Shown: one piece after another, positions 10,413 to 19,952 of the stretch
Numbering within the stretch: the stretch's first letter is position 1
Layout of the letters: each line of letters begins with the position of its first letter
Source: Pseudonocardiales bacterium
GTDB lineage: Bacteria; Actinomycetota; Actinomycetes; Mycobacteriales; Pseudonocardiaceae
Length of the DNA: 64,000 nt
Direction of reading: 5' to 3'
NCBI GenBank assembly: GCA_023252195.1
Contig: JAHEXI010000008.1
Coordinates: 96,980 to 160,979, forward strand
Translations under genes and position numbers: made by a program
Notes under the pieces: model-generated
What the model saw: the letters and a program-made list of their open reading frames with translations, nothing else
Database searches by the model: none
What the model was told of the DNA's origin: nothing

Positions 10413-11237
10413 ATGCAGATGCCGCGGCTGGTCGCCACCGACGTTGACGGCACCTTGCTGGACCCGACCGACCAGGTTTCTGAGCGTACTCGGGCCGCGG
10501 TGCATCGGGTGGTAGCGGCCGGGGTGCCGTTCGTACTGGTCACCGGTCGGCCGCCGCGGTGGATCCCGCCGATCGTAGAGCAACTTGGCCACGCCGGGCC
10601 GGCGGTGTGCGCCAACGGCGCGGTGCTCTACAACGCTGCGACCGACCAGGTCAGCTACATGGTGACGCTGGATCCGATGCAGCTGCGGGATGCGGCGGAG
10701 GTGATCGCCACCGCGCTGCCGGGCGCGAAGCTTGCGGTCGAGCTGCCCGCCGCAGGCGCCGCGCGCAACGGTGCCGAGCAGTTCCTCGCCGAACCGGGCT
10801 ACACCCACCCCTGGCCGGGCGGGGACTCCGTCGACGCGCCGCGCGATGTGCTGCTCGGCCGACCGGCGATCAAGTTGCTGGTCCGCCAGCCGAATGCCAG
10901 CAGTGACCTGATGGCCGCCGCGGTTCGCGAGCTACTCGGTGCCGCATCAGGGGGCCGCCTCGACGTCACGTACTCCACCGGCTACGGCCTGATCGAGCTC
11001 TCCGCGCCCGGCGTCACCAAGGGCACCGGGCTGGCCCGGCTGGCCGGGCAGCTGGGAGTCGCGCCGGCCGATGTGCTGGCTTTGGGTGACATGCCCAACG
11101 ACCTGTCGATGCTGCGCTGGGCGGGGCACGGAGTGGCCATGGCCAATGCCCATCCCGCCGTGCTCGAGGCCGCCGACGAGATCACTGCGGGTAACTCCGA
11201 GGACGGTCTCGCGATGATACTCGAGAGGTGGTTCTGA
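10413..11237 (+). CDS. Cof-type HAD hydrolase
   Basis: DVDGTL, VTGR, TKGTG, GDMPNDLSM; TAGGGT -10 box at 10401-10406. Confidence 0.92.
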   Translation: MQMPRLVATDVDGTLLDPTDQVSERTRAAVHRVVAAGVPFVLVTGRPPRWIPPIVEQLGHAGPAVCANGAVLYNAATDQVSYMVTLDPMQLRDAAEVIATALPGAKLAVELPAAGAARNGAEQFLAEPGYTHPWPGGDSVDAPRDVLLGRPAIKLLVRQPNASSDLMAAAVRELLGAASGGRLDVTYSTGYGLIELSAPGVTKGTGLARLAGQLGVAPADVLALGDMPNDLSMLRWAGHGVAMANAHPAVLEAADEITAGNSEDGLAMILERWF

Positions 11238-11403
11238 TCCGAGCTAGACGCCTCTAGAGCGGCTCGGCCGGGTCAAATGTGACCTGATTGTGATGAATTA
11301 GGGCGAACTGGTACGAGGGAGCCGGCGAAAGCTAGGCTGCTCCCTTCCACGCGACCGGTAACAGCGCGTGAGATTGAACTCCCACCAGCCGCTTGGAGGT
11401 TTT

Positions 11404-12210
11404 GTGCAGAACAAGATCGATGAAGGCAGGTTCCGAGAGCTCCTGGAAGAATCGGACGATCTGCAGTCCGACGCGATGCGTACTGCTCGGACGGGTCTGA
11501 ATGACTATGTCGAGGCCGCTCGGGAGGCCTGTGTGTCCGCCGGCCGAGATGCTTCTCGCTGGGGAACCGTCGCCGCCGCGGCCGGTGTCGCCGGAGGGGT
11601 AATGCTGCTGAGCAGCCCGACGGCGTGGGCCGCGGCTGGTGACGACGTGGCAGCGTTGCAGACCGCAGCCGGCCTGGAGAACCTCGCGGTGTTGACCTAC
11701 CAGACCGCGTTGACGTTGCCGTTCGTTGGCGGGAGTTCGGCGAACCCGGTAGTCAAAGCCTTTGCGACCAAGACAATGGGCCAGCACAGCGAGCACGCGA
11801 TGGCGTTCAACGCCGCGGTCCAGCGGCTGGGAGGCAAGCCCCAGACGGGCTCGGACCCGAAGTACGCGGAAGTGGTGAAGGCAGCGGTGCCCAAGCTTAA
11901 GGGCGCGGCTGACGTCATCGGCTTGGCGATCACGCTGGAGGACGTGGCCGCGCAGACCTACGTCAAAGACGTCGGGCTGGTCACCACCGCGGAGTTGCGG
12001 CAGCTGTTCGCCAGCGTGGCCGGGGTGGAATCCCAGCACAAGGCGATCCTGCTAGCCGTGCAGGCGCTGGTGAAAGCCAATCAGCCGCAGCTGATCGCGC
12101 TACCCCCGGACATCGCGAAGCTGCCCGCCGCAGCGGGCAGCGTGGGCTTCCCTGACTCGTTCTACCCGACCACCATGGCCGCTCCGGTCGAGGAAGGAGC
12201 CATCCGATGA
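11404..12210 (+). CDS. Ferritin-like domain protein with signal-like segment
   Basis: GGAGG before GTG 11404; LENLA..QHSEH..LEDVAAQTY..VESQH four-helix ligand pattern. Confidence 0.8.
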   Translation: MQNKIDEGRFRELLEESDDLQSDAMRTARTGLNDYVEAAREACVSAGRDASRWGTVAAAAGVAGGVMLLSSPTAWAAAGDDVAALQTAAGLENLAVLTYQTALTLPFVGGSSANPVVKAFATKTMGQHSEHAMAFNAAVQRLGGKPQTGSDPKYAEVVKAAVPKLKGAADVIGLAITLEDVAAQTYVKDVGLVTTAELRQLFASVAGVESQHKAILLAVQALVKANQPQLIALPPDIAKLPAAAGSVGFPDSFYPTTMAAPVEEGAIR

Positions 12211-13028
12211 GCATCTTTCCCCACCGCCCTCGTAGCGCAGAGATGGCGATCAGCGAGCACGAACTGTCTGGGCTGACGCGCGAGCTCGATGACCTCCACG
12301 AGTCGACATTCCCGCAGGTACGCAAGGCTCTCGACGAGTTGACCGCGAACCTGGGGCACGTGGTGGCCAAGCCGTCCACCCGGCGTGGCTTCTTCCTCGG
12401 CGCGGCCGGTGCTGTCGCCCTCGGCGCAGCTGCGGCGTGCTCCGGCGGCTCCTCAGGGGCACCGAAGCCATCGGGCTCGGCGCCAGCGGTCCCGACCTCG
12501 CCCCCGGCCCCGCCAGAGACCTACACCGGGGACCTGAAGGTGGTGGCGCTGGCGACGGCGTTGGAGAATCTGGCCGTCAGCGCCTACAGCGGTGCGTTGC
12601 AGAAGGCCGGCGCCGGGCAGCTGGGGACGGTGCCACCGGCGGTGGCCACCTTCATCCAAACCGCGATGAAGCAGCACTCCGACCACGCGCAGGCCTGGAA
12701 CGCGGTGCTGGCCAAAGCGGGGAAACCGACCATCAACGATGCACCGTTGTCGATCACTCAAGATCAGGTGAACATGCTCAACGCGGCGACCTCGGTGCCC
12801 GACGTGGCCAAGCTGGCGCTGAACCTGGAAAATGTCGCTGCGCAGACCTACACCTTCGCCACCGCGAACGTGACTGATGTCGGCGGGATCATGACGGCTG
12901 CCACCATCCAACCGGTGGAGACCATGCACGCCGCGATCCTGAACTTCATCCTGGGCCAGTACCCGATCCCAGACTCGTTCATCGGTATCGGCAATTCACT
13001 CAAGCCCGACATGTTGACGGTAAAGTGA
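12207..13028 (+). CDS. Ferritin-like domain protein, putative Tat lipoprotein
   Basis: TRRGFFLG Tat motif, AAAC lipobox, LENLA..QHSDH..LENVAAQTY..VETMH. Confidence 0.82.
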   Translation: MSIFPHRPRSAEMAISEHELSGLTRELDDLHESTFPQVRKALDELTANLGHVVAKPSTRRGFFLGAAGAVALGAAAACSGGSSGAPKPSGSAPAVPTSPPAPPETYTGDLKVVALATALENLAVSAYSGALQKAGAGQLGTVPPAVATFIQTAMKQHSDHAQAWNAVLAKAGKPTINDAPLSITQDQVNMLNAATSVPDVAKLALNLENVAAQTYTFATANVTDVGGIMTAATIQPVETMHAAILNFILGQYPIPDSFIGIGNSLKPDMLTVK

Positions 13029-13032
13029 TTCC

Positions 13033-13434
13033 ATGATTACCTCGCCCACCGCCGCGATCCGGTTGCGCCCAACCGCGATTGTGCTCACCATGCTGGTCGC
13101 CGTACTGGGACTTGTGCTGGGTTGTGGCGGTGGCGCGGGTAGCCCGGCGGGCGGGGGTGGCGGCCCAGCCGCCACCCCTAGCGCCCCTGACACGATAGTT
13201 ATCAAGAATTTCACGTTCATGCCTGCCTCGTTGACCGTCGCGCCTGGAACGAAGATCGCGGTCATCAACCAGGATCAGGCGCCGCACACCGTGACTGCCG
13301 ACGACAAATCCTTCGATAGTCGCACCATCTCCGGTGGACAACGTGGCGAAATCACCGCCCCCACCAAGCCGGGTAGCTACCCCTACATCTGCACCATCCA
13401 CCAGTACATGAAGGGCACGCTGATCGTGCAGTGA
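13033..13434 (+). CDS. Cupredoxin (type 1 copper), putative lipoprotein
   Basis: VLGC lipobox-like; PHTVTA and YICTIHQYM ligands (H, C, H, M). Confidence 0.88.
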   Translation: MITSPTAAIRLRPTAIVLTMLVAVLGLVLGCGGGAGSPAGGGGGPAATPSAPDTIVIKNFTFMPASLTVAPGTKIAVINQDQAPHTVTADDKSFDSRTISGGQRGEITAPTKPGSYPYICTIHQYMKGTLIVQ

Positions 13435-13880
13435 GCGGGCCATCGTCGCCATCCGGGCGGTTTCGACACCGCCCAGTGAGCGAGGTCGTTGCTCGGGTCG
13501 TGGTCGCAGCCGGATTGGGCTACGACGCGTATGTCCACTTCGATCTCGCCGGTAATTTCGACGCAAATCGGGCGCTGATCAGCCAGGGCATACTCTTCCG
13601 CGTCGAGGCAGCGGCTGCCATCCTCGCCGCCCTGTTGGTGCTGCTCATCCAGCACCGAGCAGCGGTGTCGTTCGCCGTAGTGATCGCCGGCAGCGCGCTG
13701 GGCGCCGTGCTGCTCTATCGCTATGTCGACCTGGGAGCCCTCGGCCCGCTACCGGACATGTACGAACCAAGCTGGTACCCGGAAAAGACCTACAGCGCCA
13801 TAGTCGAAGCCGCCGCCGTTTTCGCTGCGGCTGCGCTGCTCTTCTCAAGCGATGCAAGGCAGGTGCCCCCGCCCGACTGA
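13431..13880 (+). CDS. Small integral membrane protein
   Basis: About four hydrophobic segments; AYVH and GPLPDMYEPSW; GTGA overlap with the cupredoxin. Confidence 0.75.
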   Translation: MSGPSSPSGRFRHRPVSEVVARVVVAAGLGYDAYVHFDLAGNFDANRALISQGILFRVEAAAAILAALLVLLIQHRAAVSFAVVIAGSALGAVLLYRYVDLGALGPLPDMYEPSWYPEKTYSAIVEAAAVFAAAALLFSSDARQVPPPD

Positions 13881-13916
13881 CGCCGGGCGGGGGCACCTGT
13901 GGAAGCGTCTCCGCGC

Positions 13917-14111
13917 TTAGAGAATGTCGCCGAGACCTTCGAGCAGTCCCTCGCGGTCGTGACGACCGTAGTGTTCCTCGCGGCCGTACCCGTTATGGCG
14001 ACGGTAGCTGCTTTCGTGCCAGTTGTTGTCGCCATGCCGGTGACCGTGGTCATGGCCGCCGCCGCCGCAGTCTCCGCCTCCGCCACGTGAGAAGATGTCT
14101 GAAACCCTCAT
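13917..14111 (-). CDS. Small Gly/His-rich protein (64 aa)
   Basis: Strong SD GAGGAGGGG before ATG; HDHGHRHG..; amphipathic tail GLLEGLGDIL. Confidence 0.7.
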   Translation of the reverse strand: MRVSDIFSRGGGGDCGGGGHDHGHRHGDNNWHESSYRRHNGYGREEHYGRHDREGLLEGLGDIL

Positions 14112-14461
14112 GTGCCCCTCCTCGATCGTTCTTTCCCTGGGACAAATCGTTTTCCCTGGGACACCTCTTCAGGGTGACGCAGTTGCGTTCCCCTGCTCGC
14201 GTCGACGTAACGTCGAACCGGCCCTCAGAAGATCATTTCTGACCGGCCGCAACGCCCCCAAGGCGGTCGCGCACGAACTTCCACACCTTTAGGCTTACTA
14301 CCGACTTTCACGCCTCGCAACCCGAATTACTGACGTTATACTTCTGTAATGAAACAGAGTGTGAGCATACGTAGACGTTGAGTGAGAATTGGCTGTTACA
14401 TACCATACAAAATCGCTGACCCCGAGGCCGATCGCCGGCGACTGAGCGCGTCACCAGGCCG

Positions 14462-15436
14462 GTGGGCAGCGGTCCGCCCTGCACTAGGATCGTGCCTGGA
14501 GTTCAGCAGGTTCTAGGCAGCGAAGGGGCCAGAGTGACAGTGCCCGAGGTGAGTGTGCAGCGTCGGATGTTGCGCCTGACAGTGCCGATCGGGGCGCTGG
14601 TCGCGGTGTTGGCCCTGGCAGCACCGGCGTGGGCGAGCACGGTGCAGATCCAGGACGACGCCCACGTCTTGAATGCCACGGTGGTGCAGAATGAGGCAGC
14701 CACCTTGCCTGTCGGCGTGTACATCTGGGCCACCACCCAGGACGCGGCCAGCAAGTCGACCTTCGATACCGACGTCCGGAACAAGGTCAACGCGACCTTC
14801 CCGATCGTGATCGGGATCAATACCCAGTCCCGGCACGAGTCGATCCAGATCGGTTCGCAAGCTCGGGTCCCGCAGAGCACCGCGGTGGCGGCGGAATCCG
14901 ACGCGAGCAGCGCGTTTCTTGCGAACATGCAGACCAGCCACGACTACACCACCGCGGTCACGGCCGCGCTGGGCAAGTTGCGCACCAGTTTGGTGGGGGC
15001 CAACCGGGGACGTGTCCCTGGGCGGCGCGTTGCGACTCACAACTCCGGCGGCGGCCTCGTCGGGATCATGATCGTGCTGGCCGTGGTCGTCTTCGCCGTG
15101 ATCGTGGTCAGCCGGCGGCGTCGCCGGTCCGGCTTCCGGATGGGGCCGCCCCTGATGGGTTCCGGGCCGCCCCCGATGGACTCCTACGGTGGCTACGGCC
15201 CCGGCTACCGGTCGGGAATGAGCCCAGGAGCAGCCGGCGCCATGGGTGCGGTGGGCGGCGGCCTGCTGGGCTACGAGCTCGGCAAGATGCAGGGCGAGAA
15301 CCAGCAGTACCGCCAGGACGAGCTGATGGATCGAGGCGGCCAGTACGACTCTCCCGACCAGGGCAACTGGGTCGTCGGCCAGGATGGTGACTTCGGCGGC
15401 GGCTCAGACTCTTCAGGCGGCAGCGGAGACTGGTGA
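14462..15436 (+). CDS. Membrane-anchored protein: signal peptide, extracytoplasmic TPM-like domain, TM helix, Gly-rich tail (true start probably 14534-14567)
   Basis: LAAPAWA signal, IQDDAHVLN, TM followed by RRRRR, GAVGGGLLG and terminal GGSGDW. Confidence 0.65.
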   Translation: MGSGPPCTRIVPGVQQVLGSEGARVTVPEVSVQRRMLRLTVPIGALVAVLALAAPAWASTVQIQDDAHVLNATVVQNEAATLPVGVYIWATTQDAASKSTFDTDVRNKVNATFPIVIGINTQSRHESIQIGSQARVPQSTAVAAESDASSAFLANMQTSHDYTTAVTAALGKLRTSLVGANRGRVPGRRVATHNSGGGLVGIMIVLAVVVFAVIVVSRRRRRSGFRMGPPLMGSGPPPMDSYGGYGPGYRSGMSPGAAGAMGAVGGGLLGYELGKMQGENQQYRQDELMDRGGQYDSPDQGNWVVGQDGDFGGGSDSSGGSGDW

Positions 15437-15634
15437 GTTAAGTTTGCCGCACTTCACCCGCGGGTATGCGTTGCCGTCCAAGCGGCCACCAACCACGACA
15501 TCGAGCTGGCCGACGAGTTCGACGTCGACCGGGGCGTGTCGTCGCGCACTTCGCCACCGCCAAGGCACACATTTCGTCGTAGCCGGTGTTGGCCGACGAC
15601 CTGCTCCGGGTGAGGGTGTCCGGCTAGGGTCGAT

Positions 15635-16981
15635 CTAGTGGCGTAGCGGGTTGGTGAGGGGTCGACGGTCGGGGTTGATGATCGTGGGTGGTCGGAATTT
15701 GACGCGTCCACCGGTGATGGTGATGTCCCAGCCTTGCAGGTGTACTTGCTGGTGGTGGGCGGGGCAGAGCAGGCAGCAGTTTCCTACCTTGGTCTCGCCA
15801 AGATCAATCCAGTGTCGCACGTGGTGCGCGGCGCAGAGTCCCGGAGGCCGGTCGCAGCCGGGGAAACTGCACCCGCCGTCTCGGGTGATCAGGGCGCGGC
15901 GGATGCCCAGCGGGACGGTGCGCATCGCGCGGCCGACGTCGAGGGGTTCGGAGTCGCTGCCCAGGACCACTGGGATCAGTTTGCAGTCACAGGCCAGGCA
16001 GCGGGCGTCGCCGGCGCTGATCAGCTGCCCATAATCCAGGGTGGCGGCGCCCAGGGCGGTGCGCAGTGCGTCCCAGGTGGTGGTGACCGTCACATGCGGG
16101 GGCTCGCCCGCGGTGCTGGGGAACTCGTCGCTGGCGCGGGCCCGGTCGCACAGTTCGATGAGCGCATCAGCGTGGCGCTGCGGCACGGTAGAGGTGTCCG
16201 GCTCGCCGTCGGTGGTGGTGGGGCGGCCGGCGAGTTGCTCGATCAGGGCACGGACCATGCTGCCGTGCTCGGCATCGAGCCAGCCCTCCAGACCCACGCC
16301 ACCGTCGCGGCGATCCCGCAGCCACAATTCGCCGCGGACCGGTGATGTCGCGGTGGGATCCGCGCTCGGTGGTGGGCCATCCGGATCCAGGGTGGCGACC
16401 AGCCGCTGGGCGATGATCCGCAGGCGTCGCGGGTCGAAGTCGCGTGCGTAGCCAGCCAGGTCCGCCTCCGCCCGCTCCCGCGCCAGCGGTGGGACCGATG
16501 CGGGCAACGCCGCGATCGTCTCGGTGATCACCCGTAGCTGCCCCGACCCGATCTCGCCAGCGGCCAGCGCGGCCGCGGTCGCCGGCAACCGCGGCGCCAA
16601 CGTCTGCCCGGTGATCGTCCGGCGGGGGCCCACCATGGCCGCGTGCTCCACCCGCATCCGCGCCTCAGCCGCGGACAGCTGCAGCATCCCGGCCAGCAGC
16701 CTCTGGGTAGTGCTGAAACCCTCCCGGACTGCGATACCCCGAGCGTCGATCTCGGCGATCACCTCAAGCATCACCGACTGCGTTTGCCGGGACAGCTTTT
16801 CGATATCCCGCAGCGTCTGAGCGATCCCCTTGTCATCCAGGCCACCCAGCGTTTCGCGCACGTTATCCAGGCAGCTCGACATCGCCACCACGGATTCGTG
16901 CACTGCCACGGTCACAAGTCGATTCTCGCACCCACCCCTGACAGTCTCCGGGGCCTCGAACCGGAGCCGAATTCCCCGCAA
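15635..16981 (-). CDS. DUF222-HNH endonuclease (REP13E12/Rv1128c-like); true start probably ~16880-16915
   Basis: RDGGCSFPGC..AHHVRHW..G.T..N..LLCPAHHQQVH; QRHADAL; LDVGRAMR. Confidence 0.88.
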   Translation of the reverse strand: MRGIRLRFEAPETVRGGCENRLVTVAVHESVVAMSSCLDNVRETLGGLDDKGIAQTLRDIEKLSRQTQSVMLEVIAEIDARGIAVREGFSTTQRLLAGMLQLSAAEARMRVEHAAMVGPRRTITGQTLAPRLPATAAALAAGEIGSGQLRVITETIAALPASVPPLARERAEADLAGYARDFDPRRLRIIAQRLVATLDPDGPPPSADPTATSPVRGELWLRDRRDGGVGLEGWLDAEHGSMVRALIEQLAGRPTTTDGEPDTSTVPQRHADALIELCDRARASDEFPSTAGEPPHVTVTTTWDALRTALGAATLDYGQLISAGDARCLACDCKLIPVVLGSDSEPLDVGRAMRTVPLGIRRALITRDGGCSFPGCDRPPGLCAAHHVRHWIDLGETKVGNCCLLCPAHHQQVHLQGWDITITGGRVKFRPPTIINPDRRPLTNPLRH

Positions 16982-17225
16982 AGCGAACAGCCGGGCCTCA
17001 TCGGTGAATCTCTGGCGGTTGCGGTGCCCCAGGTCAGCGGAGGAGGCTGCGCCATGGCGGCAGCTTCGAGGACGTGCACCGGCCGACTTAGGCGCGGAGG
17101 GCGCCGTGACCTGTGAGCGTTTGCGTCGCTTTGGATCGACTCGGTTGGGGTCGTCGCTGGACCATTGTCGTCAGAAAGTGACCGCAAGTAGTGTATTGCT
17201 TCATCACCTATTCGAGGAGCTAGGG

Positions 17226-17645
17226 ATGGTTGAATCACAGGACGTTGCAACGCAACTGCTGGAGGCATTCAACTCCGCTGACTGGGAGCGCTTCCGCGGC
17301 CTGCTCGGCCCGGATGCGGTCTATCAGGAGACCGGGACCGGTCGGCGGGTAACGGGCGAGGGGTACGTCGAGTTGTGCCAGGGCTGGAGGGAAACGTTCC
17401 CCGACTGCCTCGGGGAGGTTCGCACGACGATCGCACAGGGCAACCAGGTGGCGCAGCAGGTGCATTGGACTGGCACGCATCAGGGGGTCCTGCGGGGCCC
17501 GAACCTCGAGCTGCCAGCCACCGGGAAGAGCGTGGAGGTCGACGCGACGCTCTGGACCCGAGTCGAGAACGGCAAGGTCGTCGAGCAACACCATCACCTC
17601 GACGTCCTCACGATGCTCGGGCAGATTGGCGCGCTGCCGAGCTGA
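17226..17645 (+). CDS. SnoaL-like/ester cyclase family protein
   Basis: SD GAGGAG before ATG 17226; FPD, WTGTHQG, PATGKSV, ENGKVVE. Confidence 0.85.
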   Translation: MVESQDVATQLLEAFNSADWERFRGLLGPDAVYQETGTGRRVTGEGYVELCQGWRETFPDCLGEVRTTIAQGNQVAQQVHWTGTHQGVLRGPNLELPATGKSVEVDATLWTRVENGKVVEQHHHLDVLTMLGQIGALPS

Positions 17646-17868
17646 CAAGACGGACCGCGCTGCTGGCTCGGGGTCGAGGTCACAGCCGACGCGTGCAGCC
17701 TGCGCCTAGAGTGGACTCGCGTGGGCCAGGCGGCCGCCGCCGCGGCCAGGAGATCGCTGCACCGTAATTGGCGCAGTCCCACCCGAGCAGCAGCAGGGTC
17801 GCCTTGCATCGCTGTCGGTCCGGTCTGCGAGGATCTGCGCGAAGTGGCCGACGCGCGAAAGGGATCTT

Positions 17869-19941
17869 GTGACAACCCAGGAAACGGTCGGTCCGGAGGG
17901 CCTGGTGATGGGCGAACCCAACGACCCGGTCGAGGTTCCGACGGCGATCGAGCGCGCCGCCCGGCGAGAAGCGGCGCGCACCAACGCGGCAGACAGCAAA
18001 CTGTCCGACGTCAGCTCGCTGCAGATCGGTCCAGCCGCCGGGATGGTCGCACCGCAGCGTGTCCTGCACCGCGTGGTGATGCCCCGGGCGGATGATCCGC
18101 CGGAGGTACGCCCGCTGTACCTCGATGAACCAGAGACGTCACACGGACGCACCGCGGAGGTCGTCAACCGATCGACGGTGACCCTGCCGCCCGCCTGCCA
18201 ACTGTCGTTCGCGACCTACTTCAACGCTTTCCCGGCCAGTTACTGGAAGCGCTGGACCCGGGTGGAGGAGGTGGCGCTGCGGCTGACCGTGCGGGGCGCC
18301 GGACGAGTGGACCTCTACCGCTCGAAGTCCAACGGCGACGTCGTGCACCTCGAAGGCAAGCAGCTCGACGCGGCGGCCGAGCCAGTCCAGCTGGAGTTCC
18401 GCGAGTCGTTGGCGCCGTTCGAGGACGGTGGCTGGGTCTGGTTCGACGTGGCCACCGAGCGTGGCTCGCTGACCGTCACCGACGCCGCGTGGATCGTCGA
18501 CGAGCCGCTGCCGGCCCGTCCGCTGGCGGTGGCGATCACGACCTTCAACCGGCCGGCGGACTGTGTCACCGCGCTGGCCGCGCTGGCCGAGGAGCAGGCG
18601 GTCCTCGACGTCGTCGCGAAGGTATTCGTCGTCGATCAGGGCAGCGTCAAGGTGCGTGATCACCAGCGGTTCGCTGATGTCGCGGTCCAGCTCGGCGACC
18701 GGCTGGTGGTGATCGACCAGGAGAACCTCGGTGGCTCGGGTGGGTTCAGCCGGGGCATGCTCGAGGCGCTGCGCACCACCGGCGTGGAGCACGTGATGTT
18801 GATGGACGACGACGTCCGCCTGGAACCGGACAGTGTGCTGCGGGTCCATGCGTTCGCCAGCGCGACGTCATCGCCGGTGATCGTCGGCGGGCAGATGCTC
18901 AACCTGCAGGTTCGCAGCCAGCTGCACGCCATGGGTGAGATCGTGGACCTGCAGACCAGCTTCTGGCGGCCGGCACCCGGGTCGGTCTACGAGCACGATT
19001 TCGCCAAGCTGACGCTGCGCGAACAACGTTTGCTGCACGCCCGCATCCACTCCACCTACAACGGCTGGTGGATGTGTCTGTTTCCCCGCGAGGTGCTCGA
19101 ACGCACCGGACTGCCGTTGCCGCTGTTCATCAAATGGGACGATGCCGAGTACGCCTTGCGGGCGGCTGAGTGCGGTTTTCCGACTGTCACCCTGCCTGGC
19201 TCGGCGATCTGGCACATGCCCTGGACCGACAAGGACGACGCGACCGACTGGACGGCCTATTTCCACCTGCGAAACCGGCTGATCACCCTGGCGTTGCACA
19301 GCCCGTATGACGTCCGCAGGGCGCTTGTGCAAGATGGCCTGCGTACCACCTTCAAACACCTGATGGCGATGGAGTACTCGACCGTCGCGCTGCACCACAA
19401 GTCGATCGAGGATTTCCTCGCCGGCCCGGAACGTCTGTTTGCGTCGCTGCGCGACGGGCTGCCCGCCGTCCGCAGCTTGCGCGAGGGTTACGACGACGCT
19501 CGGATCCTTCCGTCGGCCCAGCAACTGCCGATGCCGTTGTTCGATCCGGTTCGCATCGAGCGCCTGCTCGACCCGCCGGTGCACCCGGCCGCCATTGCCA
19601 AGCGTGCGCTGTCCACGATCGCCCATCACCTGCGTTCACCGGCACCGCCGACCCGCGACCGCCCCCAGATCAACGTGCCGGCCCGCAACGCCCGCTGGTT
19701 CGTGCTCGGCATGGTCGACTCAGCCACAGTCTCGAACTCCGATGGCAGCGGTGTCGCCTTCCGCAGGCGGGATCCGCAGCAATTCCGTGCCTTGCTCGCC
19801 CGCACGATCGTGCTCTACCGGCAGCTGGTCGCGGAGTGGAGTGTGACGGCGCAACGCTACCGCGGCGCGGTACCAGAGCTCACCTCTGTCGATTCCTGGG
19901 AGCAGATGTTCAAGGGTGGCGAACCGCCGCGGTGCCCTTGA
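17869..19941 (+). CDS. glfT2: Galactofuranosyltransferase GlfT2, paralog 1
   Basis: SFATYFNAFPASYW, NLGGSGG, MDDD, WWMC, PLFIKWDD, WHMPW.DKDD. Confidence 0.88.
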   Translation: MTTQETVGPEGLVMGEPNDPVEVPTAIERAARREAARTNAADSKLSDVSSLQIGPAAGMVAPQRVLHRVVMPRADDPPEVRPLYLDEPETSHGRTAEVVNRSTVTLPPACQLSFATYFNAFPASYWKRWTRVEEVALRLTVRGAGRVDLYRSKSNGDVVHLEGKQLDAAAEPVQLEFRESLAPFEDGGWVWFDVATERGSLTVTDAAWIVDEPLPARPLAVAITTFNRPADCVTALAALAEEQAVLDVVAKVFVVDQGSVKVRDHQRFADVAVQLGDRLVVIDQENLGGSGGFSRGMLEALRTTGVEHVMLMDDDVRLEPDSVLRVHAFASATSSPVIVGGQMLNLQVRSQLHAMGEIVDLQTSFWRPAPGSVYEHDFAKLTLREQRLLHARIHSTYNGWWMCLFPREVLERTGLPLPLFIKWDDAEYALRAAECGFPTVTLPGSAIWHMPWTDKDDATDWTAYFHLRNRLITLALHSPYDVRRALVQDGLRTTFKHLMAMEYSTVALHHKSIEDFLAGPERLFASLRDGLPAVRSLREGYDDARILPSAQQLPMPLFDPVRIERLLDPPVHPAAIAKRALSTIAHHLRSPAPPTRDRPQINVPARNARWFVLGMVDSATVSNSDGSGVAFRRRDPQQFRALLARTIVLYRQLVAEWSVTAQRYRGAVPELTSVDSWEQMFKGGEPPRCP

Positions 19942-19952
19942 GCTCGGCGGAG

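Noticed and set aside
15437..15634. Possible gene fragment after the Gly-rich membrane protein
   Set aside because: No frame gives a recognisable product
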